In this document: piece after piece, positions 46,070 through 60,049 of the stretch
Position numbering within the stretch: the first letter of the stretch is position 1
Layout of the letters: each line of letters begins with the position of its first letter
From: Phoronis australis
Lineage: Eukaryota > Animalia > Phoronida
Length of the DNA: 64,000 nt
Reading direction: 5' to 3'
Assembly (NCBI GenBank): GCA_002633005.1
Contig: NMRA01000041.1
Span: forward strand, 749,294 to 813,293
Made by a program: the position numbers and the translations under genes
Notes under the pieces: generated by a model
Databases searched by the model: none
What the model was told of the DNA's origin: nothing
The model's input: only the letters and a program-made list of their open reading frames with translations

Positions 46070-47678
46070 AGGAGAATGCCACCCAAAAAATAACCTATTT
46101 TGTATCAGTTTAGATCGAGTAGTTCTACTCGATAACGGCACATTCGGTTGCTTTACCTGACACCTGAGGGCAGACGGAGATGTTGAAATTACCCAATGAC
46201 GTCATTGGTTTCACGCGCAGTCCTTTCAGCAGTTCACAACACGGGTTACTGGTGTCAGCTTATTGCTTGAATTCATCGTTTAACACCAATAAATCATCAA
46301 ACTTCGATGTAAAACCCTTAAAAACTTGTTGTTTTATTTCGCTGTTACGGATTTATTGGTATTTGGACACGCCGTGGCCTATAAAGTTGGGCAGGTCAAT
46401 TTACCAAGGTCCGTAGCAGGAGTTTGTGGTCTGTTCCGAGATAAATTCGAAGTATTCTACCGTGAACTATAGAGAGGAGAACCTAGATCTGTGTTGCTTA
46501 GACTTGTGATTTTTTGACTTCTAAACACACATAACGCTTGTTATCCCGGCCAGTGGCTCGGAACCCGATCAGGCTCGTCGTGGACGCCGGGACTAGCACG
46601 AACATAAACCAGCTTGAGTTGGAAACTAATCTCCAGTCACGAAAAGACTATGATAGTGAGCCAAAGAAATAATGTTCTCGTAATTATTTAAGTGATTTAG
46701 CCACGAAACTGAAAATCTACTTACTTGTCGGGGGCCGCGAAGTCGGGTTCCCCTTCCATAGACCGTCAGGGCAAAGGGTTGTACAGTAACAATGATTTGA
46801 ATAATGTATTTGTATTTCTGAATTAAAGATTCCCCTAATACGTGACCATATCATATAAAATCGAGAAATAGTTTCACAACAGCTTTCTGTCACCAAACAC
46901 TGAATTAGCATGCGCTCCCACGGCCTCGGTATCCGGTCAGTTACCTTTATTGCCGGCTTCTCAACATTTGCACACACGACTACTGCAAAGGCATTACAAT
47001 AAATTGTATCTAATGAGACAGACTTTGTTTCAGTTTTATTTAAGCATTGGTTAGGATGAGAATAATTCATTTTGAAACAGAACGCAGAATAATGAACGTC
47101 TACATAGCAACTCGCCCGGCGCCAATCCCGACTTAGTCAAGAGCTCATCCGACGAAGACTTCACTGGTCGGATCGTTAGGTTCCACAGGCTATCAGTTCG
47201 AACCGGAATCCACTGATCAAGAAATACTAGAGAGGCGCCGTGAACATGCACAGGCAACGGAACGGACGGATAATTCTTTGGTAAGCCGGAATTCGTCAGA
47301 GAAATCACTGTCGACGAAATGCCGGCCACAGACACGGAGATGTTTCACGGCCTCATACTTGCTATTAACAGCGTACCTTTCATTCTTCACTACCACGAGC
47401 CACTTCCTAAGCATTTCGGGCTTTCGAGGAAGTCAAAAAAACGATATACCCGCTTTCTTCGCAGCTTCATAGTTCGGACAAGCAGGAACAATGCACTGCA
47501 ATATAACGGCATTCATTCTGCAGACGAACCACTGACGTCGCTGCGTCGTTTCTCACCTTCCTCACAGTTTAAGGTGACACCTCTCGGTAAGGTGAGGTCG
47601 ATCGTATATAAGAGGTGATGTGGATATAGACCGATTAAGACGGTAAAAAAGACTAATTAAATCGGGTGGCATTCTCCT
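46070..47678 (-). mobile_element. Non-autonomous Kolobok-like DNA transposon (1,609 bp)
   Basis: Perfect 15-bp TIRs aggagaatgccaccc / gggtggcattctcct, TTAA on both sides (46066-69, 47679-82), RR..YY termini, internal THAP remnant. Confidence 0.85.
47217..47516 (-). pseudogene. THAP zinc-finger (C2CH) domain remnant
   Basis: MNAVILQCIVPACPN...ISFF*LPRKPEMLRKWL...LRVCGRHFVDSDF; in-frame TGA at 47433-47435. Confidence 0.85.
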
Positions 47679-48577
47679 TTAAGACAGTTTTCTTGGAACG
47701 GGCCTCTGGCTTGATGCCGGGCATAATCTATCCAGTATTACATGTTAGGAGATTTTCAGTGTTAAAACCAAGATACGGTATTTTAAGGAAAGAAGTGTGA
47801 TTTGCCTTCTGAGTGTTTGTTTTTCATTGAATTATGAATTTTTTAGACTCTCCCATAAAACTCAAGCCCTGGAATGCGAACTCTCGCACGTGGCCTGTGT
47901 ATGAGAGCTTGAGATCCCGAGACTAGCCGTTGAGAGTTTGTACAGCTAAACAGAAGGAAATACATCCATATTAACATGTAATCTGATAAACTGCCTGGAT
48001 CGTAACGTTAATCGGAGTCTCCCGAAAAGCAACGCGCATTGCATTTTAACCATCTCCATATTGCTATTACTGTGAAACTAAAACGACATTTTATTGCCTT
48101 GTTCACTTATAACAACTCATACGTAGATATAAGTATGCGCATACGTACGCGTAAGTTACAGCACCGTAACTAGAAAAGTTTCTAATTACAGACCACACCT
48201 AAAATTTGTGCTTGATTACGCATTTTCATGTGTTCGTTCATGATCTAGCATTTTGAACGATTAAGTATCCTGTTGTCATGGCGCTTTTATTGACACCAAC
48301 TATTATATTGTTCAGCGACAAATCATTAATTTGGTGTTCTTTAATTATTTAAAGCTTTATGAATGCACAATGTTGTTGAAATGTTTGCAGAATCAAATCG
48401 TTTTGAATTTGAGTTTGGAGCCTGGTCATTTAGTATTCTGTTCAAAAGTCAAGTTTGAAAGGTTAATTGGCATATGGTAAAGGTCACGTCTGTTAATAAA
48501 TATGCTGTGTTGTAATTGTATGCTAACACAAATGTATATTTCTGCCATCAGATTCACTGCAAGAAACGACTGTAAAC

Positions 48578-48923
48578 ATGTTTCGAGATTTTTCGCGCAA
48601 AAGCTCCATTTTCAGCATTGGCTTTCTTGTTCTAGTTATAGTATCTCCAACTGTGACGAGTTCTGAAAGTTGCGGACCCGATTACGGTATTACTCATTAC
48701 AAGCGAGTTACGAATCAAATTGTGACCACTTTCGGAATGACATCAGAACTAGCCTGCGCTTTTGATTGCCTTCGTGACGAGATGTGTGACGCGTTCGGCA
48801 TCTCCCGGAGACGTCAGCTATGTCAGAAAGTTTGTCTCGACGGCAACATGATAAGTGAATTCGAGAATAATGAAGATTGGAATTACTTCGCACAAGCAGG
48901 GAAACACGTCGGCAGCTGTACAG
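48578..48923 (+). CDS. Secreted PAN/apple + WSC protein, coding exon 1 (signal peptide + PAN/apple-like domain)
   Basis: Hydrophobic IFSIGFLVLVIVSPTVTS; CAFDCLRDEMCDAF...C...WNYF pattern; acceptor catcag at 48551; phase-1 donor ag|gttacg. Confidence 0.75.
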
Positions 48924-50154
48924 GTTACGACTGAGACTATTATTTTTCTAATATTGCAGAATGCTTTGAAAATATCCTTTGTAAACTACATTTCAAACTT
49001 ACGGTAATTTCTCTGAGATACATGCGTAGCTTAGTAACTCGCGAGTGTACAGTATTTGTTTAGTACGCACAGTACGTGTAGGTTGCTGAAAATGCCGCCC
49101 AAACAGTGCAAAAATTTACTCTAAAAGTTGAATTGGCTTCTCCATTGATTTTTTTTATCATTTCGTCGAATCGGTGCGAAGCTTCGAAGCTAATCCCACC
49201 CCACGTCGTTCAACACGTCGGCTCAACCTTATGTTAAAAGCCTTCTTGTTCTGTTAGTTAATTATAGTCAAGTCTTCAATAATTAAAACCCATTTATCCT
49301 GAAATTCTGGCATAAAAGTAAAAAGGCGATGGGTGCCAATCCTTGTTAACAGGTTTTAGTGTGACGGGACATTAGTAACGCTTATTGTTATTCCTATCTA
49401 GTCGCAAATATTCAGTTATTCTTATGCTAATGTCTTTGTTGCGTCTCAGTGCGCCTTTGTTACGTGGGCATGCGGGCGCGACTGTATGTGTCGGGCACTG
49501 ACTTCGCTAGCGACAGGCATAGGAGGAGCCGGGGTGTTTCCTTCCTTTGTCTACATGAAATTGATCGTTATCATGTGTAACTGACTCGAAACGTGTGCCT
49601 GATGAGGTGAAATACACATTTTCGATGTTCAGTGGTCGTTATCTGTTACAAGTGTCAAGAATGTTCCGAACTCAGCACTTAATCCGAGTAAATTACTTTG
49701 TTTCAGCATGAATTAGGCCTAGTTGAAAGATGTACAAAAGCAAAACATTTTAAAACATAAATATTGTTTTTGAGACATCTAGGTTGTATGAATTACAAAA
49801 AGCTTCATTAAATTGAATTATAAATAATTAATAGACTCGATTTTCGAGTTGAATTTTGACGATATACTCTTTGCACACTCCGATTCGTGGTTGCATTGAC
49901 GCTATTTCGGGAACCGGTTTGGTGCGGACTGAAAGGCAGCATTCATGGCCGGAGCGCCTCAGTGCCGCGGCGAGGACATCGTCACTAGGTCCCCTATCAA
50001 AAAGTACAAGCAAATGAAAATCGGAGCAAAATTGTATGCGGCTTTTTAACGCCAAAACTCCAGTCTACACAATCTACTCGTGTATGACTATAGACTATAG
50101 TACATCATGATGATGGACCGCCAACTCCGTATATTTTCCAAAGGACGAAATCTG

Positions 50155-50308
50155 GCGTGCGTTCAGGAACGCTAGGACCTACGCTAGGACCTAGCTAAAA
50201 TCTAGCCAAAAAGTCACTTGTTCTCATTTAAAATACACGGCAACATCTCACGTAATCCCGCGAAGTCTTGTTTTTTAGCGAGGTCCTATAGTGTTACTGA
50301 ACGGGAGA
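50155..50308. mobile_element. 154-bp MITE with CTG target duplication; partial second copy at ~50391-50422
   Basis: Imperfect TIRs cgttcaggaacgctaggacctacgcta / tagcgaggtcctatagtgttactgaacg, flanked by CTG on both sides. Confidence 0.65.
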
Positions 50309-52473
50309 CTGTTCTTACGCATAAGGTGTGACGTCACTATTCACTAGCGACACCTGGCAAAATTATCAAGTTTTACTTCCGGCAAGTACAGGCGTGCGTT
50401 CAGAAACGCTAGGACCTACGCTCAGGTCTACAAAATATGATCGCCAGTAAGCAGACCTAGGTCACCACCAACGGTTCAACGAATCTATAGCTAATCCAAT
50501 CGGAAGGACAAATAACATTTGTGTATGCGATGTCAGGAAAGGACTCACATTTACTCAGTAATTGATACCCAGAGCGGCTTGTTAGCATGTTGTCATCAAC
50601 ACTATTCAACGAGTTATTATTGAAATGTCAAACCATAGGCAAGCCCATATTACAATGACCTATGGGTCAACAAGCACTTCAACCGAGTTTGAACTAGCAT
50701 ATGATCAGTGTGTGTATGTATTCATGACGAAATTTTAGGATGTTTGTTAGGTAACGAAATGAAAAGTACAGGTTCTAAGATTTTGGAATCACCTTAAATT
50801 AATAATCTTGTGTAAAATAATTGAGACACTATAGATAATTTATATGCCTAAACGTGCAGAATTACCTTACTTATGTTACAATAACATGCTTTCTAAAACT
50901 TGGCGCACTCATTTTCAAATTGTTTTCTTGAATAGCCCGGGTGCGGGTTCCAGAGGCATATAGGCCTAAACCCTACCTAACCACCAAACCGGCTAACAAC
51001 AATTGTTAGACTGACTGGTTTACTGGACACCATTTTAACAAAATGAACAATAAATATACTGAAATAGTAAAAACGAAACAAAAAAAAAACAGCTTACGCC
51101 TGCTCTTGCCGTGGAAGCACCCGAGAGCGCCGGATTTCATTCGACGAAACTGTTCTCGCTCTCGGACCGGGAAGCGTACAACGTACAACGTAGCGATCTG
51201 GTGTCTGACGATCTCGTCTGCCCATCTGACGGCAGCTCGACCATTGCCTGTACTTTCTCGCTGCACTAAGTTAAATACCGCCAATGTAGCCGTCTATTTG
51301 AAAATCATCATTTTAGGAAATGCCCGACCACGTTGCACAACGGAAACAAACTCGTCGAGTCACTACCGTAATTAATGCGCGGTTGGAATAGTTTCAAAAG
51401 TTATTCCAACGCAACGAAACGTGCTACACTATGCGATACTAATCGACAAGAATCTTTTCAAATGTCTTGTAAGTACGTTTTGTTAATTTTTTAAAAACTT
51501 TTCGAACAGAATGAACTAAACAAGTCGAAAAGAGTAGATGAATATTCATACGCGCTTTGGGCCAGCGCCGAAATACTTTGAAAAGCGCCTTAACAAACAA
51601 CTTCTTATTTAGTGTAAGGTATGGTTTTGCAGCATTTTTCGTCACGAATTCGAATAAGATATCAAACTTGACCTCCGACTAAAACTTGAGAAGTTATATT
51701 TTACAATTGAAAACAACTTGGCTGAAGTAATACAATTTTATGACCAATTAATTAACAGTGTACACAGGTCACTGTACAATGGAGCTAGTTACGTACGTAT
51801 GGAGATCGTATGCTGATAAATCCCTCTGAAATATTTTGTACGCTACCAAACACTTCGCTTTGTAGGGCCTAAAACGTGGCGCTTTCGAGTTTAACTTCAC
51901 CAGGCTTTGCTGCGATGATTTTACCCAACTCACTTCCGAGTTTAAATAAATTGAACGCTCTTAAAACGTTAACTTTTTAAATAAAGCTCATATTATACTC
52001 CAGAAATAACCACCAGGCCTACTCAAAAACCATTCTTGCGCTTCAACAGCAGTTTACTTGACGCCGGTGCAGCTCAACATTTCTGTACTCTATTGTTGAT
52101 TCAATGCCGAAATTATTTTTTTCGTTGTACTGAAACAGTAAAACAGATGCGAGAAACTAACTGGAAAGTGAAATTGGTAATTTAGGAGAGTGGTGCCTCC
52201 TCTAGGATACTACGCAAAAAATGTCGGAGTTGCGAATCTGTTGTCTCTAATCTATGATGATGACTGCGCAGTTGCTACACGCGCAACACGCTTGGGAAAA
52301 TCGTGAACCTGTATTGGCGGAAGTTACAGCCGTAAGTAATCCGCGTCGCTAGAGGTATGAGCACCCAGTCTGTGAACTTCACCTTCGTGCAAGTCAAAAT
52401 AAATGAATCATTACGAGGATATTTTTAGAGCAAAAGTGTCACATTTAGTAGTTTATAATTTTCTTTTTTGCAG

Positions 52474-52763
52474 ACCCTGGGTGTTACGTTGACAATTATT
52501 GGAAAAGAGACTTACCCACTCTAGTCATCTATACAACCGATGAGATGTCACGTGAACGATGCCGCTCTGAATGTCGTGAACAGTCGTACAGGTACGCCGG
52601 AGTCCAGAACGGCAACGAATGTTGGTGCGGTAACCAGTACGGCCGCCATGGCAAAGCTCTGGCGTCTCGTTGTAACTGTATATGTGCTGGAAATGTAAAC
52701 GAGACGTGCGGAGGATCGCTCCTAAATTATGTAATGAAAACTGCACCGTGGATCAGTGACTGA
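52474..52763 (+). CDS. Secreted PAN/apple + WSC protein, coding exon 2 (WSC domain); joined product 211 aa
   Basis: Strong ttttcttttttgcag acceptor, phase 1; GCYVD...MSRERCRSEC...YAGVQNGNECWCG...CNCICAGNVNETCGG, the canonical WSC pattern; AATAAA at 53082. Confidence 0.88.
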
Positions 52764-55700
52764 CATTTTCTGTCGCTAAACTAAAAATTATTATTAATTT
52801 CATGAGTTTTGACAACAGCAGTGACAACGGCAATACCAACTGGGTAACTAATAGAAATCATTATTCATATTCTAAATTTGTTAGTAAACTAATGCGGGCA
52901 ATTGGGACAGCAATTTATTTATAGACCTGCGTTTTGTAAGTGTAGCGTGTGTTCAATTCAAAGTCTAAACTTGTTACCAAACCATTTCATGTATCTTGTT
53001 ATATTTTCTGACTGTAAAATGCTTACTCTCTCTACATACATTCAAATGTAGTTTTATCGTTTTGAAATGTGAGTAGTTAAAAATAAACTTGTTCAGCAAG
53101 ACCTTTTGTTTTTCAATACTTTATTCCTCCCCACCGTAGATTCTCGTCGCGATTTGATATCATTTCATTAATTATAACCAATGAAACTGTCATTACAGAT
53201 GTCCATTCAATTGCATTGATGAAAACTTTATAGATTTGAAGTTATGATGTTTTCTAATAGAAAACACATTCAGGTGTGATTGCTAGTGAGGAAGAAGAGT
53301 GGAATGAGGCGCTTTCCTCGACCTCCCGAAGAGGGCGCTTTCCTCTACTTCCCAAAGGAGCAATTTCCTCGACTTCCCAAAGTCGAAATGCGAGTTTTCA
53401 CAGGTTCTTATTTACCTTTTTGAAACATGTTATCGTACTAACAGACGTCCAGGTTGAAGCTGTCGAGTTAAAATGGAACAGAATTTATTAAATGAATGAC
53501 ACCAGTGTAATGATCTGCGTTGGACAGACAAAATCAAAGTCGGAGTTTGACGGGATGATTTTATTTACTAATTTCACTTAAAACCTCAGTGAAAACTATG
53601 AATCCTTGTGAGAACCGTAAATCTGCGAAAATACACAAAATACTCTAAATACATGACAATATTATATAAAACTGAATCTAAATTAAACTATTAACAACAA
53701 TCACTCTAAGAAATTCTGAGTCAAAGTTACTCAAATCTAACTGAATGGGTATAAATATGAACTTTAAATCGCATTTACCAAACTAACATTTGTTTTAAAA
53801 TATATTATATCCTAGAATATTTCATAGCTCATAAACTCTAATGAGACTTACAGAAATTGCTCCCTTTGATCTTATCCACGCTTGAACATCCAATTCTTGT
53901 TTTGTGTATCAGTATGAACCTTCATTAAACAAAAATACTAACATGAATTCTCTGTATAAATTTTAGATAAAACTTAGAAATATGTCAAATTACATTCCGT
54001 AATCTTCAAATGGTGATAAAATGTCTTCTGAATATCATGAAATTATTGTTATAAACGTACACGTTTCTGCAAACATATTACTATTTCAGCTTGAATTTAG
54101 TAAATTGCAGTTAAAAACCTAAATTACACTCTAATGAACTTTAAGATAAAACATAACACAAAACAATTACCTTGTCAGTGACTGAATACACTCCTTGAAA
54201 CTCTACAGACACAGTGATCTGCCTAAAATACTTGACTCTCCAAAGTTATTGAGCTTCCTCGTCTCCTAAATTTTTCTTTTGTGAATGACGCTTATTTCTG
54301 CTCCAGAAATATTTATTTACTCTAAGATATGACTAAACATCACATGGACACTGGTCAAGGTATAGGTACATTGGTGTGGGTGTTTCTTAGAATCAACCCA
54401 CCTAAAGTTGACCAATCCAAAACATGTTTGGTCGATCGTATCCTGTTTGTCACAACTAGACTGAGAACTTCCAAGAACTAAAGCCTTTGCGAAGAAATTG
54501 TGCAAAACCCAAGTTAATCACAACAAGTCGTTTACAATAACAAGTCCTGTTCTAAAATATTTGTGACTTTCAAAATAACTAACTGATGTTAATTAACACG
54601 TTTGTTCATAAATTTATTATCGATTCATAACAAAGAATTCATAAATAAGGATTCGATCTGCCACATGAACAGTCTGGGTGAAGTATTTAAAAAAGTCTGC
54701 CAAAAATGGAAGAAACTTGGTAATTCGAAGCAAAGGATATTCGGTCTCGGTCGATACGCGGAATAATGTCGAGTGGGATATTACTTCAACTACGCCACTT
54801 TCGGTACGTTTTGTGTATATATTTTTACTAATTAATATGCGTACCCTTAAACTTATGCCATAGCACAATACAAAAAGCATCAAAGCGTCAAGAAAAATAA
54901 AAGTCGTGTAGCCTGTTGATGTGAAGTGGTCAGACATATGACTCTCTGCAAATCACTGTACTGTTTAGTGCCTCTTGTTGAATTCTGAAATGAGGAACAA
55001 ATAGACTAAATAATTTTAAAATGGAAGAAATTTCAAGTAAGGATAGACAAATATTAATCCTATCTAATCATCTGAAGTGAATACTCAGTATAGAAAGCTC
55101 AAGTGAACATTTTATGTTACTCACTGTTGTTGCCTCACTAGCCAGGTAAAATGCAATCATTGTAAATGTTTGACCTAAATTCTGGCAGTGTGTCGACTAG
55201 CATGGATATCAAAAATCGGTGCTCGTGCATTCCAGAAAATGTCAAGCAGGCGGCTTGTCTGGTCGACAAACTAATGCTTGATCACAAATTCTACTTGTTT
55301 ACAAACATCTACAGTTCAGGTTAAAGTATTCTGACAAAATGACCTGGAATTACCTGTCATCGTCAGAATATAAGTCTTACCTAGTCATAACGGAGAATGA
55401 AGGAATTAGTGAGAAAGTTAAATTCGGCGGCTAAAGCAATTCTGTAATTAGAATGTTGACGCTCCAATAGTTAATCACCATTCAGTTTTGCTTTTAACAG
55501 AATTAACTGTCCGACATGACGGGGGATATTTTGTTTGAGAGTACTTTTGACTTGTACTTAGTATAAGGTGAACTTCTGGCCACTTGAAGTACCACTCATT
55601 CGGGGCCCAGGTATTTGACAAGCTAGGGTATTGGCGGGTGAATAAATACATTTAAAATGAATTATGACGTCCTGAATACAGTGAAAGGCGCCAATACTTA

Positions 55701-56649
55701 ACAGTTGCTGAATATCTGTTGTGTTGCCAACCCAACAACACATATGCCGAAATAGCGCTGAACCTTCTCAATATCTGAGGTTGTTATTGGTTAAAGAGAT
55801 ATCATACGGCGCCACCTATTGATAAATATTGTATATAAAAAGAGCGTAAGAATATGCTTTTACAAAAAAATGTGCAACTTAAAGTGCGTCGATTTTTCAA
55901 ATATAAAATGCTTGAAAATATATTTACGAATAGCCACACTGACACGGTTAAATGTGGTAACGTCAGGAAATGGTAAAAAAAAATTAAAAAGTAATTATAA
56001 CTTTTAAAATGTAGATTAAGCATGTAGTTCAAAGCAAGAATGTTTACGTGCTGGTCGATATTCCAGAACTTTGATAACAAATACTTTTGACTATTACTGA
56101 GGGGGCCTCTACATGGCAAGAGTTGTACAATGGTACATGGTATACATGCACGTTGACAGACACCTTCACCAATTGCAGAATACTCAATGACCTTTATTAA
56201 ATTCCAAACGGTTTTGCAAAAAGTGAACTGCTGTTGCGTTGACAATATTTGCACACACTACTTTGTAATACATGTCTAAGAAATACATGCAACTCGAGGG
56301 CTTCAAAACATTCAAATTAAAAATAACCATAGTATACTAAGTGACATAATTGCTGGATTGATGAATAGTGAATCACCACCAAGCTGTGTAGACTTAATTC
56401 ATTTCTTGGAAAAACAAGCACATCCTAATTACACCTATGAAAGATTTGTAAATCTTTTATCAAATTATCTGAAAACAGAGTCAATTTGGCAATATATTTG
56501 TGTTTACAAGTTCAGAAGTAGTATAAAATGTTTCGAATGGTAGTTACAAATTTCACTCCCTCGTAAATTTGGAAAATTTGTCTTTAATTTGTATTCGATT
56601 GTGTACAAATATATACCGTGGTAGTTTGAGTTTAGATATGATTACTGCG

Positions 56650-56732
56650 AACGCAGTTCATCTGTCAGTCAAGATTTTGCTTCCCGTGTACAGGTAACCG
56701 CATCGAGCTATGCCAACTGAGCTATAGGTCGC
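56650..56732 (-). mobile_element. Possible decayed tRNA-derived SINE head
   Basis: Minus strand gacctaTAGCTCAGTTGGcatagc (A-box/D-arm); no convincing B-box or cloverleaf. Confidence 0.3.
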
Positions 56733-59700
56733 TTGAGGAAGAAAGCTCAGCTCTTAGCTATCCGTCTGCAGCGGGCCTAAAGTACCAAGCGCAAAAAGTA
56801 GACTTGGCTAGCCGTTTCGCGCCAAGCTGTATCAGAAATCACTATAAATGTGAGCAACGAACAATTTGAGGCAAGTTTCATAACGTTAATTAGTTATGCA
56901 AACCATAAGTAGTATTGACAGAAGACTAACACACTAGTGGCTTCAATTTGATTTTCACGTTAGTTTGAAAGTTCAACCTTTTCATAAGGCCATGTATATT
57001 GCCTGTGGCACCTTGCAATGAAAAGTAGCCGTCCTTGACTTGGCTTTTGGTTAAGTTTCAATTTAGAACTATGTATTTATACTAAATGGATATTCATTCT
57101 AAACTATCCAAAGATTAAAGTAATTTTTGTTTGAGTCCCTCAATTCCGAAAAATACTGAAATTAATAAGGACGTATTCTGTACACATTCTCGTTCAAGAG
57201 GAATTTTTTAACAATTTGGTATATCTCTTGTGACAGGGAACTTCTAATTGTTCGATGAAATAACATTGCGATAAAATAGTCACATAACGAAAGCACAAAA
57301 GTGTCTGATTTATGGAGCGCAGGTTTACAGTTTTACAAAAATGGGGCTAATTAGTTAAAAACAAAAATACTAATTTGGACCTTTTCACGTGGATCACAAG
57401 AGTTTAATTAAAGATTAATTGAGCATGTGCTTTTAAACACACTTTGAAAATGATTCGCATCAGTTTGATCCACTGAATGATGTCTTAAACAATCTTAATA
57501 AAGAGGCATTTCTCATTCCCTATTGATCACATGATCGAAATAGTAAATATTAAAGCAGGTTACTCAAAGTATAAAGCAATGTCACAAAAATTTCCATACA
57601 ATGATAATTATTTCCGTTACATTTCATTCAGTTGGTCAAAGCTGCGAAAATTGAATTATGCGTTTTACTCATATTACCCTCAACAGGTTAAGAAACGATT
57701 TGATTAGGGTTGACCAACCCTGAAATTCAAAAATGGAGCACAGCGAATTCCGTTCAAAATGGCTCTTGGGGTAAGAAATAGAACTGAGTTTAAAGTGACA
57801 GCTAAACAGGGAAAATCTACTTTAAAGAAATATGAAACAGCTATCAATTTTGACGGTTTCGTCAACCCGCCTGAACCAATGACTGTGGGCCCCTGAGAGA
57901 GCAAATTTCGTGATTTTAACACTGACGTCATCAATGAACGAGTAGCGCCTCTGAATAAACGTTGCATAGTTTCCTATGAGTTGCTGATTAATGTCACAAA
58001 TAATTCAACATAAAGAGTATCTTTAACGAACCTCAAAAATCACCCGCTTGGAGCGCTGCTTCTCGTGACGTAGTTGGTGGGTTAAAGTCAGAGTCCTCTT
58101 TTAGCGCGCAGTCAAGTGACATTCTTTAAATTGTCGGAATAAGAAATTTTAGTGTGAAATGTCGGGTCAACAGGGATACCTGTTTGAGCCGAGGCAACAC
58201 AAAGTGATACCCAGTCGTCGTCATCGTCAGACGAAAATTTGCCGGTGCAACCAGTCCGTATCAACAATTGACTTATCGCAAGCTCCGCCCATTGCGCAAA
58301 GTTGACAAACAAACAATAAGCTTTACCGGCAACGTGTTGTTTATCGGCTAAAATGGCGGCTTGGAAACGAAGGTGTGTCACGAATGATGCGTTCTGATTG
58401 GTCAATTAAGCCGTCACTCAAAATACTGGCGATAGGTCACTCACTGGTGCGACTGTGGAGTGTGGGCAGTGTGGACTGTAGCCAGCCAGCTGCCACCCAA
58501 TACTCAGCTCTGTAAACTTGAAGGGTTGGTTAGTTACCGACTATAGCTGTATGAAGACTATCGTACCACTGTGTGTTGAGCTCCCGGTTAGACCTAGCCA
58601 GCCAGTTAGCTGTATGAAGACTATCTTCAAAATACAGCTAGGTACCATTGTGTGTTAATCTTCCACAGACCCCGGATTTGCAACGACGCCATATTGAAAT
58701 TATGTTAAAATGGTGCATTGTGGGTGCTGTGGTCAGGATTCCGAAACATTACCNTTCGTGAAAAATGGATAAAGAACATTGGGAGAGCTGGGAGTAAGGG
58801 GAGTTTTAGCGCATTCAAACCAACGCGGAGCATCTAGGCAACACGTAGCCCCTCGGTTGGCCATATAGGGGCTACAATACTTCCATTCGCTTTCTGTACT
58901 CATTTCGCTACTTCAGTGTATTTTAAACGGGCCGTGACCTGATTTGGGTTACCGATTTTGAGTTCTCACAGTCAAAAATACATTCTACACTTAAAACCAT
59001 GATTTTTTAAGAAAACGCTTACTTTCATCATTGGTCCTTTCTACTTCTATACATATCTTTGATGAAGCTTAGTTGTGAGAATTAAGTTGACTTTGGAGAA
59101 GAATTCCAAGTCCACTTTTTTGGTTGCCGTTAACTTTTTCACCGCGCGCGCGATACCCACAAAGTATGTCAACTGAGTCACGTGAGTTAGGCAAAGGTTA
59201 GCGCGAGACTGAGCGAAGTGCGTGACGCTAGCTCGCGACACTTGTAAAATAGCATGAGAAGGTATCGGGTGAAATTTGTAAGATTTGTGTCCCTTAGACT
59301 TTTTATTCGTCAACATGCGTGATTTCACGTAACTTCCTCAAAATGGCACCCGGTAAGAGAAACTCGAGCAAACCGCGACAGATTTTCATCGATTTGTTCA
59401 AGTTTTGCTCACTAAATTGTATCCAGAATCGTGGTACGTGTTAATTATAACTACGTGTTCCTATATGTATGGTTCATTTGGTTTTATTTGCTGTATTTTG
59501 AAATGAGTAACTCTTTGTGAGGATGTACAAGTTATCGCCCCTGTATGTATGCCTGCGGCATCCAGGGCGATGTAATTGGCTAGGGGCCATCGTGTGTACA
59601 GCAAACATTTTCCTGGCGGAAAAAAAAACGCATGAGAACAACATTCCGACGGAGTTCCCTCTTAAAATTATCGCCTCTAGCACTCCACGGCCAAAGCTAC

Positions 59701-60049
59701 AAAAGTTAAGCCACCCGAGAACTTTCAACTTGTCTGAAACCGGACTGAGGCGGAGTTTTCGAAATCAACGCCGATAGCCCCAATACTGAACATGACGACA
59801 GTGGTGCCCTCGGTCACACGGTCACAAACGAGAGAGAGGACTTGCTTGGTATTATAAAGCAAAAAAAATGAAACACGGTTTTTAGTTGGCAAATCGCTCC
59901 AAATGCACACACTATCCAGCCTGACCACAAGCTATCCCATGAGCCTTCGCGCAGGAAGTAACTCGCACATGCGCAATGCGTAGTTCATTTGCGCTGCAAA
60001 TTCTCTAATAGCACGCAGCCAAGGTAATTCCAAAGGCGCTAACGGTGTC

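Larger units (their letters stand above)
45874..47705. mobile_element. PIF/Harbinger-type MITE (~220 bp) interrupted by the Kolobok-like element
   Basis: Imperfect TIRs gggcctgttccacgaaactgacttaa / ttaagacagttttcttggaacgggcct; no perfect TSD. Confidence 0.7.

Noticed and set aside
49585-49620. CTGATGA..GAAA as a second hammerhead (also minus-strand ctgatgaagtcc near 43145)
   Set aside because: Only 3 nt between the boxes, so no stem II; the 43145 case has no properly placed GAAA.
53506-54342. Possible solo LTR (TG...CA, minus-strand AATAAA)
   Set aside because: No matching target-site duplication or second LTR found; left uncalled.
56650-56732. Functional tRNA gene
   Set aside because: Only the A-box/D-arm is recognisable; no T-arm or acceptor stem.
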